DNA of 64,000 nucleotides from Corynebacterium sp. (GTDB lineage Bacteria; Actinomycetota; Actinomycetes; Mycobacteriales; Mycobacteriaceae): NCBI RefSeq assembly GCF_030532715.1, contig NZ_JAUNKO010000004.1, positions 268,372 to 332,371 of the forward strand, read 5' to 3'. Shown piece by piece: positions 61,434 to 64,000 of this stretch (position 1 is its first letter; each line of letters starts with the position of its first letter). The notes under the pieces were generated by a model. It saw only the letters and a program-made list of their open reading frames with translations, ran no database searches and was not told where the DNA came from. The position numbers and the translations under genes were made by a program.

Positions 61434-62543
61434 TTGTTCGCTATGCGACAGGACCTTGCTGCTGAATGTGCCGCGTTGGAAGCTACCCTCACCACCATCG
61501 AAAAAGTGATGGACCCGGAGGAAATGTCTGTGCGGGTGCGGGAGCTGGAAGCGCAAGCCTCGGACCCGTCGTTGTGGGACGATCCAGACCACGCGCAACG
61601 CGTGACTAGCGAGCTATCCGCCGTGCAGGCAAGTCTGCGCAAGTTGCGGGAATTGCGCCAACGATTGGAAGACCTGCCGATCCTGTATGAGCTTGCTGAA
61701 GAGGAAGGTGAAGGTACGGAAACTGCCGACGACGAGTTGGCTTCGCTGCGCGCGGATATTGAATCGCTGGAAGTCAAGACCATGCTGTCCGGGGAGTACG
61801 ACGCCCGCGAGGCCGTGCTGAATATTCGGTCTGGCGCGGGCGGGGTGGATGCCGCGGATTGGGCGGAAATGCTCATGCGCATGTACGTCCGGTGGGCGGA
61901 AAAAGCGGGCCACAAGGTGGATATTTACGATATCTCGTACGCGGAGGAAGCAGGTATTAAATCTGCCACGCTGGTGGTGCACGGCGAATACATGTACGGC
62001 ACGCTGTCCGTGGAGCAGGGCGCGCACCGCCTCGTGCGTATCAGCCCCTTTGACAATCAGAGCCGCCGCCAAACCTCCTTTGCTGAGGTGGAGGTGTTGC
62101 CGGTGGTGGAGTCTACCGACCATATTGACGTGCCGGACAGTGAAATCCGGGTGGACGTGTATCGTTCCTCCGGGCCAGGCGGGCAATCAGTGAACACCAC
62201 TGACTCCGCGGTGCGTATCACGCACTTGCCCACCGGCATTGTGGTGACGTGCCAGAATGAAAAATCGCAGATTCAGAACAGGGCGTCGGCAATGAGGGTG
62301 TTGCAGGCGAAATTGCTGGAGCGCAAACGCCAAGAGGAGCGGGCGGAGCTGGACGCGCTCGGTGCCGGGGGTAACGCATCCTGGGGTAACCAAATGCGTT
62401 CTTATGTGCTGCACCCCTACCAAATGGTGAAGGATCTGCGTACAAACTTTGAGGTCGGCGACCCGGCGAAAGTGCTGGACGGAGACATCGATGGTTTCCT
62501 GGAGGCCGGCATTCGGTGGCGCATGGCGCAGACGACGGAATAA
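61434..62543 (+). CDS. prfB: peptide chain release factor 2
   Basis: GGQ (SGPGGQSVN) and SPF motifs are present. The ORF is contiguous, so no programmed frameshift is required. Alternative start 61443. Confidence 0.9.
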   Translation: MFAMRQDLAAECAALEATLTTIEKVMDPEEMSVRVRELEAQASDPSLWDDPDHAQRVTSELSAVQASLRKLRELRQRLEDLPILYELAEEEGEGTETADDELASLRADIESLEVKTMLSGEYDAREAVLNIRSGAGGVDAADWAEMLMRMYVRWAEKAGHKVDIYDISYAEEAGIKSATLVVHGEYMYGTLSVEQGAHRLVRISPFDNQSRRQTSFAEVEVLPVVESTDHIDVPDSEIRVDVYRSSGPGGQSVNTTDSAVRITHLPTGIVVTCQNEKSQIQNRASAMRVLQAKLLERKRQEERAELDALGAGGNASWGNQMRSYVLHPYQMVKDLRTNFEVGDPAKVLDGDIDGFLEAGIRWRMAQTTE

Positions 62544-62589
62544 CCACCACATTGGTGTTGGCTTAGGCTTGCCTATTACAGTGGGTGCT

Positions 62590-62982
62590 ATGAAAACCGC
62601 GTACAAGGTCATCGGCATCGTATCGCTCGCCTGTGGGGCGGTTGGTGTTGTGCTGCCGCTGCTGCCCACCACGCCGTTTTTGCTCCTCGCTGGCTTTTGC
62701 TTTACGCGCAGTTCGCAACGCCTCCACGCTTATCTCTACGGCCACCCAGTGTTCGGTGGTTACCTGACGCGCTACGAAACCGGCGCGCTCACCCTGAGTG
62801 ATAAGCTCCGCACTCTCGCGGTTTTGTGGGTCGGCCTTGTGTGCTCCGCAATATTCGTGGGCAAGCCCGTGGTGTATGGGGTGTTGGGGGTGATCGGCCT
62901 CGCCGTGACCGTGCACCTTTTGCTCATGGCGCCGCGCAAGAAGGCAGCGGCGAAGACCGTTCCGGAACCTGTGGAGGTGTAG
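62590..62982 (+). CDS. DUF454 (YbaN-like) inner membrane protein
   Basis: MKTAYKVIGIVSLACGAVGVVLPLLPTTPFLLLAGFCF is the YbaN pattern. Confidence 0.6.
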   Translation: MKTAYKVIGIVSLACGAVGVVLPLLPTTPFLLLAGFCFTRSSQRLHAYLYGHPVFGGYLTRYETGALTLSDKLRTLAVLWVGLVCSAIFVGKPVVYGVLGVIGLAVTVHLLLMAPRKKAAAKTVPEPVEV

Positions 62983-63120
62983 CAGGCCCTAGCCGGGTGT
63001 CGGTTCTGCTTGGTTTGCGTTGTGCCCCGCCAGCGATCCTGGGCAAAAAGTCAGGGCACATCTCAGGGAAGTTCTCGCCGTTACTAGATCATGTGACTGG
63101 AGTGAACTAGTGTGGGGTGA

Positions 63121-63810
63121 GTGATCACCTTCGAAAGTGTAAGTAAAATATATAAAACTTCCACCCGGCCCGCGCTGGATAACATTACCTTGACCATTGA
63201 CCGTGGCGAGTTTGTCTTCCTTATCGGGCCCTCCGGCTCGGGCAAATCCACGTTTTTGGAACTCATGCTGCGCGAGCAAAACGTGACTAGCGGTGACATT
63301 CACGTTGCGGAATTTCACGTTAATACGTTGCGCGGGGCCCAGATCAATAAGCTACGCCAGCGCATTGGCTACGTGTTTCAGGATTTTCGGCTGCTTCCGA
63401 AAAAGAGTGTCTACGATAACGTCGCGTTTGCCTTAGAGGTGATTGGCAAAAAGCGCAGCGTGATTGACAAACTCGTGCCGGAAACCTTGGAATTGGTCGG
63501 GCTCGAAGGTAAGGCGAATCGCATGCCCAGCGAATTGTCGGGCGGTGAGCAGCAACGCGTGGCCGTTGCTCGTGCGTTTGTCAACCGGCCGTTGGTGTTG
63601 CTCGCGGACGAGCCCACGGGCAACCTTGACCCGGAAACGGCCAATGACATTATGGTGCTGCTCAATCGCATCAACCGCACGGGCACGACCGTGGTGATGT
63701 CCACCCACAATGCATCGGCGGTGGATGCGATGCGCCGCCGCGTTATCGAATTGAACCTAGGTAAATTGGTCCGCGACGATGCCCACGGCGTCTACGGCGT
63801 AGGCCGCTAA
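63121..63810 (+). CDS. ftsE: cell-division ABC ATPase FtsE
   Basis: Walker A (GPSGSGKST), the ABC signature (LSGGEQQR) and Walker B ([11 protein letters not shown]) are present. Confidence 0.9.
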   Translation: MITFESVSKIYKTSTRPALDNITLTIDRGEFVFLIGPSGSGKSTFLELMLREQNVTSGDIHVAEFHVNTLRGAQINKLRQRIGYVFQDFRLLPKKSVYDNVAFALEVIGKKRSVIDKLVPETLELVGLEGKANRMPSELSGGEQQRVAVARAFVNRPLVLLADEPTGNLDPETANDIMVLLNRINRTGTTVVMSTHNASAVDAMRRRVIELNLGKLVRDDAHGVYGVGR

Positions 63811-63828
63811 CGGGAGAGGATTGCACTG

Positions 63829-64000
63829 ATGAAATTGGGTTTTGTGCTCCGAGAAGCACTCCAAGGGTTGGGGCGAAACCTCACCATGACCGTGGCGCTG
63901 ATTATCACCACGGCGATTTCGCTGGCGTTGCTGGCCACCGGGTTTTTGGTCACCGGTATGACGGAACGAACCAAGGAAATTTACCTTGACCGTGTCGAAG
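63829..64000 (+). CDS. ftsX: cell-division permease FtsX (5' part; continues past the window end)
   Basis: MKLGFVLREALQGLGRNLTMTVALIITTAISL is the FtsX N-terminus, immediately after ftsE. Confidence 0.7.
   Translation, partial: MKLGFVLREALQGLGRNLTMTVALIITTAISLALLATGFLVTGMTERTKEIYLDRVE

Noticed and set aside
61434-62543. Programmed +1 frameshift site in prfB
   Set aside because: The RF2 reading frame is continuous from start to GGQ and beyond. As in many high-GC actinobacteria, no frameshift is present.

Overview
This is a high-GC actinobacterial chromosomal segment, most likely from a Corynebacterium. Evidence for that assignment: a LAxTG sortase signal on a large surface protein, the sigH-rshA-whcE arrangement, and GTG starts with 4-nt stop/start overlaps. 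Conserved housekeeping genes occupy most of the window: hpf (3' part), secA, aroA, rsgA, a ybaK-like deacylase, sigH-rshA, ribosomal peptide bL37, whcE (whiB1), rhlE, moeZ, the adnA-adnB helicase-nuclease pair, a TrkA-type K+ channel, nudC, uvrD2, a PDZ/Lon-like protease, a UPF0182 membrane protein, an initiator tRNA-Met, hisN/impA, prfB and ftsE-ftsX. Accessory or unusual content is interspersed. (1) A block between the HAD hydrolase and aroA carries a DesA3-type fatty-acid desaturase with its reductase, a 922-aa LAxTG-anchored surface protein with three Cys-pair Ig-like repeats, and a ClC channel. (2) A lower-GC region immediately 3' of tRNA-fMet (about 42.5-49.1 kb) contains a SAM methyltransferase, a clpP copy interrupted at a poly-C(9) tract, a duplicated SRAP (YedK-like) gene, a secreted group-III-like phospholipase A2 followed by two small membrane proteins, a 57-aa HTH regulator, and a perfect 781-bp direct repeat flanking the PLA2 module. 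(3) A compact locus pairs a DUF45/M48-type metallopeptidase with a strongly expressed 46-aa Cys/aromatic-rich peptide and a membrane protein. (4) An envelope-stress locus holds four Asp23/Gls24 paralogs, AmaP-like and DUF2273 proteins and an ECF sigma factor. (5) A four-gene transcarboxylase-type cluster (5S, 12S, epsilon, 1.3S biotin carrier) is Propionibacterium-like. Many long antisense ORFs in the track are GC-rich artifacts and were rejected.
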